From NCBI GenBank assembly GCA_029978585.1, contig JAPOJD010000002.1:1-45923 (forward strand): 45,923 bases of DNA, written 5' to 3'. The notes under the pieces are model-generated. The model made no database searches. It saw nothing but the letters and a program-made list of their open reading frames with translations, and had not been told where the DNA came from. A program made the translations under genes and the position numbers. Origin of the DNA: Actinomycetota bacterium. Lineage in GTDB: Bacteria; Actinomycetota; Actinomycetes; S36-B12. Of this stretch, positions 33,405 to 42,236 are shown piece by piece (the first letter of the stretch is position 1; each line of letters opens with the position of its first letter).

Positions 33405-34157
33405 TCAGCGAGCCGCGAGTGCAGCGATGGCGTCGGCGACCGGCCCTGGGCACTCCAGCGGGCTGAGGTGACCGCACCCGGGCACGGTGACGAAGGTGGT
33501 CGAGGGGGCCGGCTGGTCCGGCCCGATGGCGACCCGTCTCGCCTCGAGCATGAGCTCCTGCTCCGCGTGGGGGCTGAGGACCGTGTCCTCCTCCCCCCAG
33601 ACCACGGTGACGGGCCCCCCGAAGGCCGCCAGGGCCGCGCGCGAGTCCGGCCGTGCCGCCATCGCCCGCTGGGCCCAGGCCACCCCCGGCCTCGGCGCGG
33701 CCCCCAGGGCCGCCTCGACGGCGCTGACGACATCGGGGCGCTGCTCTCGCGTCGTGGTGCCGACTAGCGCATCGAGCATCCCCTCTGACCATGCTCCCCC
33801 GCCCTCCGCCATCCGGGCGACCGCCTCGCGCCGCTCCCGGGCCGCATCGCCGTCTACCGTCGCCTTGGTGTCGATGAGCGCCAGCCCGTCAACGAGTTCT
33901 GGATGACTGCGCAGGATCTGCAGTGCGGCGTAACCGCCCATGGAGCAGCCCGCGACGATCGCACCGTCACCGAGGAGCGGCACGGCATCAGCCGCCATCG
34001 TCGCGATACTGGGCGGGGCACCCCCTGTCGGCACGCTCCCGAAGCCGCGCAGATCGGGCGCCACCACGTGGTGGCCGCGCCGGCGAAGGTCGGCGGCCAC
34101 CTGGTCCCAGAGAGCACCGGTGAACGGGAATGCGTGGAGGAGGACGATGCGAGCCAC
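33405..34157 (-). CDS. Alpha/beta-fold hydrolase
   Basis: From GTG 34157 the sequence is VARIVLLHAFPFTGALWDQV...HVVAPDLRGFG, the nucleophile elbow GCSMGG and the C-terminal PGCGHLSPLE. The start is 8 nt after the SDR stop. The rest of ORF 33405..34964 is out-of-frame read-through of the SDR gene. Confidence 0.8.
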   Translation of the reverse strand: MARIVLLHAFPFTGALWDQVAADLRRRGHHVVAPDLRGFGSVPTGGAPPSIATMAADAVPLLGDGAIVAGCSMGGYAALQILRSHPELVDGLALIDTKATVDGDAARERREAVARMAEGGGAWSEGMLDALVGTTTREQRPDVVSAVEAALGAAPRPGVAWAQRAMAARPDSRAALAAFGGPVTVVWGEEDTVLSPHAEQELMLEARRVAIGPDQPAPSTTFVTVPGCGHLSPLECPGPVADAIAALAAR

Positions 34158-34165
34158 GGGTGCGA

Positions 34166-34924
34166 CTATGGCATCGCCGAGAGGCCGCCGTCCACGACGA
34201 GCACCTGGCCGGTCATGAACGACGCCGCGTCCGAGGCGAGGAACACCGCAGGCTCCGCGATCTCCTCCGCGCGACCCCACCGCTGCATCGGCACCCGCGA
34301 GAGGACGCCCTTCTCCACCTCGTCGCTCACGCGCAGGAACCCGGTGAGATCGGTGTCGATCCACCCCGGCACCAGGGCATTGACGCGGATGCGCGCCCAG
34401 GCCACCTCGATCGCGAGGGACTGGGTCAGCGAGATGAGGGCAGCCTTCGCCGCTCCGTAGTGCGACATCGTGGGAGCGCCGCGCAACCCCGCCACCGACG
34501 CCACGTTGATGATCGAGCCGCCGCCGTCGGACAGGGCCGGGAGCGCAGCCTGGGTGATGTGCACCACCGAGTCGAGGTTGAGGCGCATGGTCTTCTCCCA
34601 GCCGGACATGCGCATCTGGCCCAGCGGGATGGAGAAGGAGTTGCCGCCGGCGTTGTTCACGAGGATGTCCAGACCGCCGAGCGCCTCGGCGGAGGCCTCG
34701 ACCGCCGAGCGCACCGACTCCGCGTCGAGGACATCGGCGGCGCTCACCACGGCGACCCGACCGCGCTCGGCGACCTCGGCGGCGACCTCGGCCAGGAGTG
34801 CCTCGTCCCGGGCCAGGAGCGCGACGTCGGCGCCCGCGTCGGCGAAGGCCAGTGCCATGGCACGGCCGATCCCGCGCGAGGCCCCGGTGACCAGGGCACG
34901 GCGACCCTCCAGCGTGAAGCTCAT
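34166..34924 (-). CDS. Short-chain dehydrogenase/reductase (FabG-like)
   Basis: From ATG 34924 the sequence is MSFTLEGRRALVTGASRGIGRAMALAFA, NNAG, the catalytic SVAG...YGAAKAAL and the C-terminal FMTGQVLVVDGG. There is an ATGA overlap with the upstream hydrolase stop. Confidence 0.88.
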   Translation of the reverse strand: MSFTLEGRRALVTGASRGIGRAMALAFADAGADVALLARDEALLAEVAAEVAERGRVAVVSAADVLDAESVRSAVEASAEALGGLDILVNNAGGNSFSIPLGQMRMSGWEKTMRLNLDSVVHITQAALPALSDGGGSIINVASVAGLRGAPTMSHYGAAKAALISLTQSLAIEVAWARIRVNALVPGWIDTDLTGFLRVSDEVEKGVLSRVPMQRWGRAEEIAEPAVFLASDAASFMTGQVLVVDGGLSAMP

Positions 34925-35685
34925 AGGTCGGACCACCTCTCCATCGGGCCCTCGCTCGCGGCACGGGCGGCGGGCCATGAGTCGGGCAGCGGACCCGTGC
35001 CGGTGAGCCGCCCGGCCACCTCGTCGAGCACCATCCTGACGTACGGCTCTCCCACCCACAGGTGCCCGGCCCCCTCGCCCACGACGATCTCGGCCTCGGG
35101 CACCGAGCCGAAGCGCTCTCGCGCCTCGGGCGGTTGCAGGTAATCGTCGTTCTCGGGGATCAGGCAGACGAGGGGAATCCCCGCGCCGGACCATCGGCCA
35201 AGCTCGTCGGCCGTGGTGTAGCGCAGGGCCGGCGACACGAGGATCACGCCGTCGATACCCGGCACGGGCCCGCGCTTGAGGATCACGTCGCAGCCGAATG
35301 ACCAGCCCAGCAGCCAGATCCGCGGCAGCCCGTGGTCGCGGGCGACTGCGATGGCCGCGTCGAGGTCCCGACCCTCGCTGCGCGCCTCGTCGAATGACCC
35401 CTCGCTCGTCCCCGCGGCCGACGTCGTCCCGCGCGTGTTGAATCGCAGTACGCCGATCCGCGCGAGCGCCGGCAGCCGCCACGAGGCCTTGCGCAGGACG
35501 TGGCTGTCCATCATGCCGCCATGCGTGGGCAGCGGGTGGACGCAGACCAGGGTCGCCTCGGGATCGGCCGCGCAAGGCAGGGCGAGCTCGCCGATCAGGC
35601 GCAGTCCGTCACCGGTCACGATCTCCAGCGCCCGGCGATCCGCGGGCAGGACGCTGGAGGCGCGGATCTCCTCGTCCGCGCTCAC
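34921..35685 (-). CDS. Alpha/beta-fold hydrolase (COG2945-like)
   Basis: The 254-aa ORF contains LVCVHPLPTHGG, the nucleophile elbow LLGWSFGCDV and GAGHLW. Its GTG start overlaps the upstream small gene's stop as GTGA. Confidence 0.7.
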   Translation of the reverse strand: MSADEEIRASSVLPADRRALEIVTGDGLRLIGELALPCAADPEATLVCVHPLPTHGGMMDSHVLRKASWRLPALARIGVLRFNTRGTTSAAGTSEGSFDEARSEGRDLDAAIAVARDHGLPRIWLLGWSFGCDVILKRGPVPGIDGVILVSPALRYTTADELGRWSGAGIPLVCLIPENDDYLQPPEARERFGSVPEAEIVVGEGAGHLWVGEPYVRMVLDEVAGRLTGTGPLPDSWPAARAASEGPMERWSDL

Positions 35686-35969
35686 GACCAGCTCCGCGTG
35701 GGCCCGCGTCGGTCTCGCGCCCGCCAGCAGACGGTGTGCCAGTGCCGCCGGTCGTCCGCGCCGGCATGGACGGGCCAGGCAACGACGTGCGGGGTGGCGG
35801 GGGCAATCTCGTGATCGCAGCCCGGGCAGCGATAGGTCTTGGTCGAGGACGACCCGGTGATGGACCGGACGTACCAGTCCCCGTCGGGATGCTCCTCGAT
35901 CGGGTCGTCGCGGACGTCGGGGGGCCGGCCCGACTTCCCCGTGCGGCGGGCCGGCCGACGGCGGCTCAC
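35682..35969 (-). CDS. Conserved actinobacterial small protein with CPGC...H...C putative zinc-ribbon (often annotated 'ATP/GTP-binding protein'), function unknown
   Basis: The 95-aa ORF has a basic N-terminus, then YRCPGCDHEIAPATPHVVAWP....DDRRHWHTVCWRARDRR. By recall it resembles a small protein conserved in Streptomyces and other actinobacteria. Its start is 3 nt after the HCDH stop. Confidence 0.6.
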   Translation of the reverse strand: MSRRRPARRTGKSGRPPDVRDDPIEEHPDGDWYVRSITGSSSTKTYRCPGCDHEIAPATPHVVAWPVHAGADDRRHWHTVCWRARDRRGPTRSWS

Positions 35970-35972
35970 GCC

Positions 35973-37745
35973 CTATCCGTAGGTGCGGAAGCCGCGGCCG
36001 GTCTTGCGCCCGAGGTAGCCGGCAGTCACGAGGTGCTCCAGGCGCGGCGCCGGGGCGAAGCCGGGCTCGCGGAACTCCCGGTAGAGGGTCTGCTGGATCG
36101 CCAGTGAGACATCCAGCCCTACGACGTCGAGGAGCTCGAAGGGGCCCATCGGGTAGCCGCAGCCCTTCTTCATGGCGAGGTCGATGTCGTCGGCCGTGGC
36201 GTAGTTGGCCTCGAGCATCTTCACGGCGTCATTGAGGTAGGGGAAGAGCAGTGCGTTGACGATGAATCCAGCGCGGTCGCCGCAGACAACCGGGTGCTTC
36301 CCGGCCCGGCGCGCGACGTCGATGGCCGTGGCAAGGACCTCGGGCGCAGTGGAGACCGTGCCCACGACCTCGACGAGCTTCATCACCGGGGCCGGATTGA
36401 AGAAGTGCAGCCCCACGACATCCTGGGGGCGCTGGGTCACCGCCGCGAGCTCGATGACGGGAAGGCTCGAGGTGGTGGTGGCCAGGACCGTGCCGGGACG
36501 GCAAATCTCGTCGAGGTTCTCGAACAGCGCGGTCTTGACGATGATGTCCTCGACGACCGCCTCCACGACGAGGTCGACGTCCGCGAGGTCGTCCAGGGAG
36601 GTCGTCCCGGTCATGCGCGCCCTGATCTCGTCGCGGGCGGCCTCCTCCAGCTTGCCGCGCTGCACGGCCTTCTCCAGGGACTTCTCCACTGCGCCGATGG
36701 CCCGGGTGAGGCTGGAGTCCGAGCGGGTGACCAGCGTCACGTCGAACCCGCCCTTGGCGAGAACTTCGGCGATGCCGGTGGCCATCGTCCCTGACCCCAC
36801 CACTCCGATCCGCTGCACCGGCCGCGGCTCGACCGCGGTGACGTCAGCTTCCGCGTCCACCTCGGCCACGATCTCGGGGGAATGCGGCGCGGCATAGGAG
36901 TAGAAGCCGCGCCCGGTCTTGCGACCGCGCAGGCCGGCGGTGACCATCTGCTTGAGGATCGGGGCCGGCGCGTGCAGGCGATCTCGGCCCTGCTTGTACA
37001 TCGTGTCGAGGATCTCGTACGCCGTGTCCAGCCCGATGAGGTCCAGCAGCGCGAGCGGGCCCATGGGCAGGCCGCAGCCCAGACGCATGGCAGCGTCGAT
37101 GTCCTCGCGACTGGCATAGCGGGCCTCGTACATCGACACCGCGTGATTGAGGTAGCCGAAGAGCAGTGCGTTCGCGATGAAGCCCGCCCGGTCCCCCACG
37201 ACCACGGGCTCCTTGCCCAGGCGCTGGGCCACCGAGACGAGGTCGTCGATGACGTCGTCCGCGGTGACGACCGTGCGCACGATCTCAACGAAGCCCTGCA
37301 CCGGGGCCGGGTTGAAGAAGTGCATGCCCGCGACCTGCGCGGGGCGCGTGGTGGCGACCGCGATGTCGGTGACCGAGAGAGAGGAGGTGTTCGTGGCGAG
37401 GATGGCGTGCGGGGGCGTGATGGCATCAAGCTTGCCGAAGAGCTCCCGCTTGAGATCGAGGTCCTCGGGGACGGCTTCCACCACCAGGTCCACGTCGGAG
37501 AGCGCATCGAGCTGCCACCCGAACGTGATGCGGCCCAGCATCTGCGCGCGCTCGGACTCATCGAGCTTGCCACGCGCGACGGCGCGCTGCGTCGACGCCT
37601 CGACGGACTCACGGGCTCGCTCGGCCTCCTCGGGCCCGGTCTCGATGACGACGACGCTGAAGCCGTGGCGCGCCATCACCTCGGCGATGCCCGACCCCAT
37701 CGTGCCGACACCCACGACGCCCACCCTGGCGATGTCGCGTCCCAT
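35973..37745 (-). CDS. Tandem (duplicated) 3-hydroxyacyl-CoA / 3-hydroxybutyryl-CoA dehydrogenase
   Basis: From ATG 37745 (SD GGGGAGGG) there are two complete HCDH modules. The first is VGVVGVGTMGSGIAEV...NTSSLS...HFFNPAP...GFIANALL. The second is IGVVGSGTMATGIAEV...TTSSLP...HFFNPAP...GFIVNALL, ending ...GRKTGRGFRTYG. Confidence 0.88.
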   Translation of the reverse strand: MGRDIARVGVVGVGTMGSGIAEVMARHGFSVVVIETGPEEAERARESVEASTQRAVARGKLDESERAQMLGRITFGWQLDALSDVDLVVEAVPEDLDLKRELFGKLDAITPPHAILATNTSSLSVTDIAVATTRPAQVAGMHFFNPAPVQGFVEIVRTVVTADDVIDDLVSVAQRLGKEPVVVGDRAGFIANALLFGYLNHAVSMYEARYASREDIDAAMRLGCGLPMGPLALLDLIGLDTAYEILDTMYKQGRDRLHAPAPILKQMVTAGLRGRKTGRGFYSYAAPHSPEIVAEVDAEADVTAVEPRPVQRIGVVGSGTMATGIAEVLAKGGFDVTLVTRSDSSLTRAIGAVEKSLEKAVQRGKLEEAARDEIRARMTGTTSLDDLADVDLVVEAVVEDIIVKTALFENLDEICRPGTVLATTTSSLPVIELAAVTQRPQDVVGLHFFNPAPVMKLVEVVGTVSTAPEVLATAIDVARRAGKHPVVCGDRAGFIVNALLFPYLNDAVKMLEANYATADDIDLAMKKGCGYPMGPFELLDVVGLDVSLAIQQTLYREFREPGFAPAPRLEHLVTAGYLGRKTGRGFRTYG

Positions 37746-37809
37746 CCTGTTGCCCTCCCCGTCGATCCTCGCCCCTGATGCCACTCTGGCGCAGTCTCCC
37801 ATGCACCCC

Positions 37810-37815
37810 TAGGCT
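37810..37815 (+). promoter_or_regulatory. Candidate -10 hexamer TAGGCT, 7 nt upstream of the aldehyde dehydrogenase ATG
   Basis: The sequence reads TAGGCTgccgggcATG and no SD is present. It lies in the 77-nt divergent spacer shared with the HCDH operon. Confidence 0.3.
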
Positions 37816-37822
37816 GCCGGGC

Positions 37823-39316
37823 ATGACCGCCCCCGACGCCACCGTCATGCTCGAGTCCCGCTCCGCCGGCACCGGCCACATCGTGGCCTCCTTCCCCATC
37901 ATGGGCGCTGACGAGGTTCGCGCCCGCGTCGACGATGCGCGTATCGCCGCGCGCTGGTGGGCCGACCTGGGCTGGGAGGGTCGGGCCGAGCGCCTCACCG
38001 CGTGGAAGCGCGTCATCGCCCGCCGTTCCGAGGAGCTGGCCACGCTCGTGCACCGCGAAACCGGCAAGCCCACCGACGACGTGCGCCTGGAGATCATCCT
38101 CGCGATCGACCACCTCCACTGGGCCACGCGCAATGCGTCGCGCGTGCTGCGCTCACGGCGCGTCCGTCCCGGCCTGCTCACCTTGAACCAGGAGGCAACC
38201 CTGTCCTACGAACCGATGGGCGTCGTCGGCGTCATCGGTCCGTGGAACTACCCGGTGTTCACGCCCATGGGATCCATCGCCTACGCCTTGGCGGCGGGCA
38301 ATGCCGTCGTCTTCAAGCCCTCCGAGTGGTCGACTTCCGTCGGCGCCTGGCTCGTTGACACCTTCGCCGACGCGGTCCCCGGGCCCCCGGTTCTGCAGTT
38401 GGTGACCGGTGCCGGGGCGACCGGCGCGGCACTGTGCGACTCCGGGGCGGACATCATCTCCTTCACCGGCTCCTCCGCGGTCGGCAAGCGGGTGATGGCA
38501 TCCTGCGCCGCCACCCTGACCCCCGTGGTCCTGGAGTGCGGCGGCAAGGACGCCCTGCTCGTGGACGCGGACGCCGACGTGGAGGCCGCCGCCGACGCCA
38601 TCGCCTTCGGGGCCTTCTCCAACGCCGGCCAGACCTGCGTTGGCGTGGAGCGGGTGTACGCCCACACCGACATCTACGAGGACCTCCTGGCCTCGCTCGC
38701 GCGACGTGCCGAGAAGTTGCGTCCCGGCATCGACGCCAACGCGTCGTACGGCCCGATGACGATGCCCAGCCAGGCGGCCGTGGTCGTGCGTCAGGTGCGT
38801 GACGCCCTCGCGCGCGGCGGCCGCATCGTGCAGGGCACGCTGAGCGACGGGGACCTGACCCGTGTCGTCTCTCCGGTGGTCATGGCCGACGTCCCCGAGG
38901 ATGCCGAGGCCATCATCGAGGAGACATTCGGCCCCCTGGTGGTGGTGAATCGCGTGCAGAGCCTGGACGAGGCGGTGGATCGCGCCAATGCCAGCGACTA
39001 CGGCCTTGCCGCGTCGATCTTCTGCCGGGACAAGGTGCGGGCACGGCAGGCCGCACGGCGCCTGCAGGTGGGCATGGTGAGCATCAACTCGTGGGTCATG
39101 TACGCCGGCGTCCCGGAATTGCCGTGGGGCGGCACCAAGGAGTCCGGGATCGGCCGTATCCACGGCGCCGAGGGGCTGCGAGGCTTCTGCCAGCCGAAGT
39201 CGGTCGTTCGCCAGCGCTTCGCCCTGCCGGTGTCGCTCACGTCCTTCGGCCGCCCGTCATGGGCGGCCAAGTCGATCCTCGGGACTTTCCGGGTGCGGCA
39301 CGGCGGCCTGCGCTAG
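37823..39316 (+). CDS. NAD(P)-dependent aldehyde dehydrogenase family protein
   Basis: From ATG 37823 the motifs are GVIGPWNYP, FKPSEWS, FTGSSAVG, LECGGKDA (catalytic Cys) and EETFGP. Substrate specificity cannot be determined from the sequence. Confidence 0.85.
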   Translation: MTAPDATVMLESRSAGTGHIVASFPIMGADEVRARVDDARIAARWWADLGWEGRAERLTAWKRVIARRSEELATLVHRETGKPTDDVRLEIILAIDHLHWATRNASRVLRSRRVRPGLLTLNQEATLSYEPMGVVGVIGPWNYPVFTPMGSIAYALAAGNAVVFKPSEWSTSVGAWLVDTFADAVPGPPVLQLVTGAGATGAALCDSGADIISFTGSSAVGKRVMASCAATLTPVVLECGGKDALLVDADADVEAAADAIAFGAFSNAGQTCVGVERVYAHTDIYEDLLASLARRAEKLRPGIDANASYGPMTMPSQAAVVVRQVRDALARGGRIVQGTLSDGDLTRVVSPVVMADVPEDAEAIIEETFGPLVVVNRVQSLDEAVDRANASDYGLAASIFCRDKVRARQAARRLQVGMVSINSWVMYAGVPELPWGGTKESGIGRIHGAEGLRGFCQPKSVVRQRFALPVSLTSFGRPSWAAKSILGTFRVRHGGLR

Positions 39317-39991
39317 TCAGAACAGGCGCATCCCGTCGCCCTCGATGCCACGCAGAGCGTCGTAGTCCACGACGACGCATCGGATACCCCGGTCCTCGGC
39401 GAGGACCCGGGCCTGGGGCTTGATCTCCTGGGCGGCGAAGACGCCCGACACCGGGGCGAGCACGGGATCGCGATTGAGGAGCTCGAGGTAGCGCGTGAGC
39501 TGCTCGACGCCGTCGATCTCCCCGCGGCGCTTGATCTCGACCGCGACGGCGCGGCCATCCCCGTCGCGGCACATCAGGTCGACGGGCCCGATCGCGGTGG
39601 GGAACTCCCGCCGGACCAGCCGCCAGCCCTCGCCGAAGGTCTCGACACGCTCGGCGAGCAGCGCCTGCAGGTGCGCCTCGACGCCATCCTTAACCAGGCC
39701 CGGGTCCACCCCCAGGTCGTGCTGCGCATCGTGGTGGATCTCCACGATGCGGATCGTGAGTGTCTCCCCCGCCTTGTTCTCCACCACCCACACCGCGGCG
39801 AGGCCTTCCTCGGAACTCTCGACGAGGCGGCAGGGCGGGCTCATCCAGTTGAGCGGCTTGTACGACCCCCCGTCGGCATGCACGAGCACCGAGCCATCGG
39901 CCTTGACCATGAGCACGCGATCGGCCTCGGGCAGGTGCGCGGTCAGGCGGCCGGCGTAGTCGACCGAGCAGCGCGCCACGACGATCCGCAC
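39317..39991 (-). CDS. nucS: Endonuclease NucS (EndoMS, mismatch-specific endonuclease)
   Basis: From GTG 39991 the sequence is [50 protein letters not shown]...[38 protein letters not shown]. It is 224 aa. The upstream part of ORF 39317..40810 is out-of-frame ecm sequence. Confidence 0.9.
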   Translation of the reverse strand: MRIVVARCSVDYAGRLTAHLPEADRVLMVKADGSVLVHADGGSYKPLNWMSPPCRLVESSEEGLAAVWVVENKAGETLTIRIVEIHHDAQHDLGVDPGLVKDGVEAHLQALLAERVETFGEGWRLVRREFPTAIGPVDLMCRDGDGRAVAVEIKRRGEIDGVEQLTRYLELLNRDPVLAPVSGVFAAQEIKPQARVLAEDRGIRCVVVDYDALRGIEGDGMRLF

Positions 39992-39999
39992 GAGCGCCG

Positions 40000-40005
40000 A
40001 GCCTA
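40000..40005 (-). promoter_or_regulatory. Candidate -10 hexamer TAGGCT, 8 nt upstream of the nucS GTG
   Basis: The minus strand reads TAGGCTcggcgctcGTG and no SD is present. Confidence 0.3.
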
Positions 40006-40125
40006 CGCTGTCGAGACCGCGGTCGGGACCGTCATGGGGAGCGGTCGCAGCGCGCCGCCCTCGGGTGCCGCGAGGAAGCGGCGTACCCGGTCCCCTGGCC
40101 AGGAACGGCCGTCGACTGAGGTGCG

Positions 40126-42126
40126 TCAGCCGGTTGGCGAGAGCCCGCGCGCGGAGCGCAGGACATCGACGATCTCGGACATGATCGCGGTTGCGTCGTA
40201 GTCCTTCGGCGTGAAGACGGCCGCGACCCCACGTGAGCGCAGGTAGTCCGCGTCGGCGTCGGGGATGATGCCGCCGACCACCACTACAGCGTCGTCGAGA
40301 CCCGCCGCCCGCAGGCCGTCGACCACCTGCGGGACGAGTTCGCGGTGAGAGCCTGACAGGATGGACAGGCCGACGACGTCGACATCTTCCTCCACCGCGG
40401 CGGACACGATCTGCTCCGGGGTGAGCCGGATCCCCTGGTAGACCACCTCGAAGCCCGCATCCCGCGCCCGCACGGCGATCTGCTCGGCTCCGTTGGAGTG
40501 GCCGTCCAGCCCAGGCTTGCCCACGAGGAAGCGCAGGTGCGCGCCGAGTTCGGCCTCCGTCGCCCTGACCCGCTCCCGCACGCGCGCGAGCCCCTCGCTG
40601 GCCGGTGGGGATCCCACGGCCGCACCAACCCCCGTGGGCGCGCGGTACTCGCCGAAGACCTCCCGCAGTGCGTTCGCCCACTCGCCGGTGGTGGCGCCGG
40701 CCCGCGCGCACTCCAGGGTCGGGCCCACAAGGCTGTCGCCGTTGCGGGCGGCCGCGCCAAGGGCCGCGAGAGCGACCCCCACGGCCACGTCGTCGCGCGA
40801 TGCCCGCCACTGGCTCAGCCGCTCCACTGCCTCCGCCTCGACGGCCGGGTCCACGGACTGGAATGCGCCGTCGAGGTCGGCCAGGAGCGGATTGGGCTCT
40901 GACGCGGTGTGCGCGTTGACACCGACGACGACGTCCTCGCCACCTTCCAGGCGCGCTCGTCGCCGCGCCAGCGAGGCGACCAACTGGGACTTCATGTAGC
41001 CCGACTCGACCGCGGCGACGGCACCGCCCATGTCCAGGACGCGATCGATCTCGGCCCGGGCCTCCCGCAGCATTGCGTCGACCTTCTCCGCAATGACCAG
41101 TGAGCCTTCGAAGATGTCGTCATACTCCAGCAGGTCGGTCTCCTCGGCGAGGACCTGCTGCATCCGCAGCGACCACTGCTGGTCCCAGGGCCGCGGCAGT
41201 CCGAGGGCCTCGTTCCAAGCGGGGAGCTGGATCGCGCGAGCCCGGGCATCCTTCGACAGGGTGACGCCGAGCATTTCCAGGACGATGCGCTGGACGTTGT
41301 TCTCCGGCTGCGCCTCGGTGAGCCCGAGGGAGTTCACCTGGACCCCGTAGCGGAAACGCCTCATCGCGGGATCGGTGACGCCGTAGCGGTCGCGGGCGAT
41401 CTCGTCCCATAGTGCGACGAAGGCGCGCATCTTGCACATCTCTTCGATGAACCGCACCCCGGCGTTGACGAAGAAGGACATGCGCCCCACGACCTCGCCG
41501 AAGCGTTCGGCAGGCACGCGACCGGAATCGCGCACGGAATCCAGGACCGCCATTGCCGTGCACATCGCATAGGCGATCTCCTGGACCGGGGTGGCACCCG
41601 CCTCCTGCAGGTGGTAACTGCAGATGTTGATGGGGTTCCACTGCGGGGCGTTCTCGACCGTATGCACGACGAGATCGGTGATGAGTCGCAGGGAGGGCCC
41701 CGGCGGGAAGACATAGGTGCCGCGGGAGAGGTACTCCTTGATGATGTCGTTCTGCGTAGTGCCCTGCAGGGCGGACTCGGGGACGCCTTGCTCTTCGGCG
41801 ACGACGGCGTACAGCGCGTAGAGCCACAGGGCTGTCGCGTTGATCGTCATGGACGTGTTCATGCTCCCGAGGGGAATGTCCTCGAAGAGCCGCCGCATGT
41901 CCCCGAGGTGGGCGATGGGCACGCCGACTCGGCCGACCTCGCCGCGCGCCATGGCGCTGTCGGGGTCGTAGCCAGTCTGGGTGGGCAGGTCGAAGGCGAC
42001 CGACAGGCCGGTCTGGCCCTTCTCGAGGTTGCGGCGGAACAGGGAGTTGGACTCCGCCGCCGACGAGTGGCCCGCATATGTCCGCATCAGCCACGGCCTG
42101 GGTCGCCCGCCCGCCTCAGCGCTCAC
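40126..42126 (-). CDS. meaA: Fused large-subunit/B12-binding acyl-CoA mutase, most like ethylmalonyl-CoA mutase (MeaA/Ecm)
   Basis: The N-terminal sequence [88 protein letters not shown] matches the remembered MeaA N-terminus. The C-terminal cobalamin domain is [17 protein letters not shown]...[11 protein letters not shown]. The start is taken as GTG 42126 because TACCCT lies 6 nt upstream; the alternative is TTG 42165. Confidence 0.78.
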   Translation of the reverse strand: MSAEAGGRPRPWLMRTYAGHSSAAESNSLFRRNLEKGQTGLSVAFDLPTQTGYDPDSAMARGEVGRVGVPIAHLGDMRRLFEDIPLGSMNTSMTINATALWLYALYAVVAEEQGVPESALQGTTQNDIIKEYLSRGTYVFPPGPSLRLITDLVVHTVENAPQWNPINICSYHLQEAGATPVQEIAYAMCTAMAVLDSVRDSGRVPAERFGEVVGRMSFFVNAGVRFIEEMCKMRAFVALWDEIARDRYGVTDPAMRRFRYGVQVNSLGLTEAQPENNVQRIVLEMLGVTLSKDARARAIQLPAWNEALGLPRPWDQQWSLRMQQVLAEETDLLEYDDIFEGSLVIAEKVDAMLREARAEIDRVLDMGGAVAAVESGYMKSQLVASLARRRARLEGGEDVVVGVNAHTASEPNPLLADLDGAFQSVDPAVEAEAVERLSQWRASRDDVAVGVALAALGAAARNGDSLVGPTLECARAGATTGEWANALREVFGEYRAPTGVGAAVGSPPASEGLARVRERVRATEAELGAHLRFLVGKPGLDGHSNGAEQIAVRARDAGFEVVYQGIRLTPEQIVSAAVEEDVDVVGLSILSGSHRELVPQVVDGLRAAGLDDAVVVVGGIIPDADADYLRSRGVAAVFTPKDYDATAIMSEIVDVLRSARGLSPTG

Positions 42127-42132
42127 TCCTGC

Positions 42133-42138
42133 AGGGTA
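42133..42138 (-). promoter_or_regulatory. Candidate -10 hexamer TACCCT, 6 nt upstream of GTG 42126 (mutase)
   Basis: The minus strand reads TACCCTgcaggaGTG. The hexamer and spacing are identical to those at glgE. Confidence 0.28.
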
Positions 42139-42236
42139 CCCAGGCCCGGGACCGGACCCGGCCAAGGTTGCCCGGCCGGACGGCCCGGGCAGGGCGACCG
42201 GTGGCGCTGACGCGGCCGGTGCCCCACCATGGGCAC

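Noticed and set aside
33405-35575. 519-aa and 469-aa composite ORFs (33405..34964 and 34166..35575)
   Set aside because: Each is a genuine roughly 250-aa gene (hydrolase, SDR) extended upstream through the neighbouring gene in a wrong frame. Recognisable N-termini and start/stop overlaps define the shorter genes.
39317-40810. 497-aa ORF implying a long N-terminal extension of NucS
   Set aside because: The region upstream of GTG 39991 crosses an intergenic region and runs out of frame through the mutase gene's 3' end. NucS family proteins are about 225 aa and begin [12 protein letters not shown].
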